Shown here: piece after piece, positions 63,600 to 64,000 of the stretch | How positions within the stretch are numbered: the first letter of the stretch is position 1 | How the letters are laid out: every line of letters starts with the position of its first letter | DNA from: Dicyema japonicum | Lineage: Eukaryota; Animalia; Dicyemida | Assembly: GCA_011109175.1 (NCBI GenBank) | Contig: RDEW01000028.1 | Location: 1 to 64,000 of the forward strand | DNA length: 64,000 bases | Reading direction: 5' to 3' | Translations under genes and position numbers: made by a program | The notes under the pieces: model-generated | Databases searched by the model: none | Told to the model about the DNA's origin: nothing | Seen by the model: only the letters and a program-made list of their open reading frames with translations

Positions 63600-64000
63600 T
63601 AAAGCAAATGGGTCAATGCATAAATGAAATTATCTGATTACACTAGGGAATATTTTAAATCTCCCCTCAGCATCACAGGGAGGACTACCCTCAATTGAAA
63701 GAGTTCTTTAGGTAGTTCTCAACTGTTTCTCTCAGGAAAATCACTTAAAGTTCGTTTGAGTCACCACAACTCTTCTGCATTTAAACCTATCGATGAAGCA
63801 ACCTGTACTCTAAACACACAAAAAGCCTCCACTACCTACTTCCCCACATAACAAAAGATGAACTTCCCACAAACAACCACAACACTCAATAGAATAAATA
63901 AGTCACAGTCTCCTCCTTGCATTGAAACTATTATCCTGCAACTTCTTCTGCACCCCAAATCTAACAGTCGGCACACCAAAGTCAGCACTCAGCACCTTCA
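63600..64000 (-). CDS. 3' exons of an unidentified gene entering from the right edge
   Basis: G/T-rich minus strand like the other host genes, with short open exons between GT-AG segments (e.g. GTGACTTATTTATTCTATTGAG, 22 nt). Confidence 0.3.

Overview
Eukaryotic, AT-rich animal-type genomic window in the standard genetic code, about half decayed transposons. Compact host genes are interrupted by GT-AG micro-introns of mostly 21-26 nt, which is why the ORF track fragments them. By inference this resembles dicyemid mesozoans, but the organism cannot be established from the sequence. Recognisable host genes after manual splicing: eIF4H-like RRM protein, NOP58-like Nop domain, an Ig-superfamily receptor with a protein-4.1-binding motif, NME6, an ANKRD28/44/52-type PP6 subunit, geminin, METTL3, a C18orf21/RMP24-like Zn protein and UQCRC2. 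Mobile DNA: CRE-clade (RT+REL) retroelements, many RTE-clade copies, two APE-RT LINE families, Buster-type hAT elements (one with TIRs and an 8-bp TSD, hosting a multi-level nest), a Gypsy/Ginger integrase relic and a three-copy tRNA-headed SINE-like family with a hairpin core. Best leads: the SINE-like family, stop-free 3n micro-introns, an 18-nt perfect antisense copy of an NME6 micro-intron donor lying downstream of the same gene, and the TE nest. Several frameshifts in conserved genes sit in homopolymers and may be assembly errors. No CRISPR, rRNA or convincing functional tRNA was found. Boundaries of decayed TEs are approximate.
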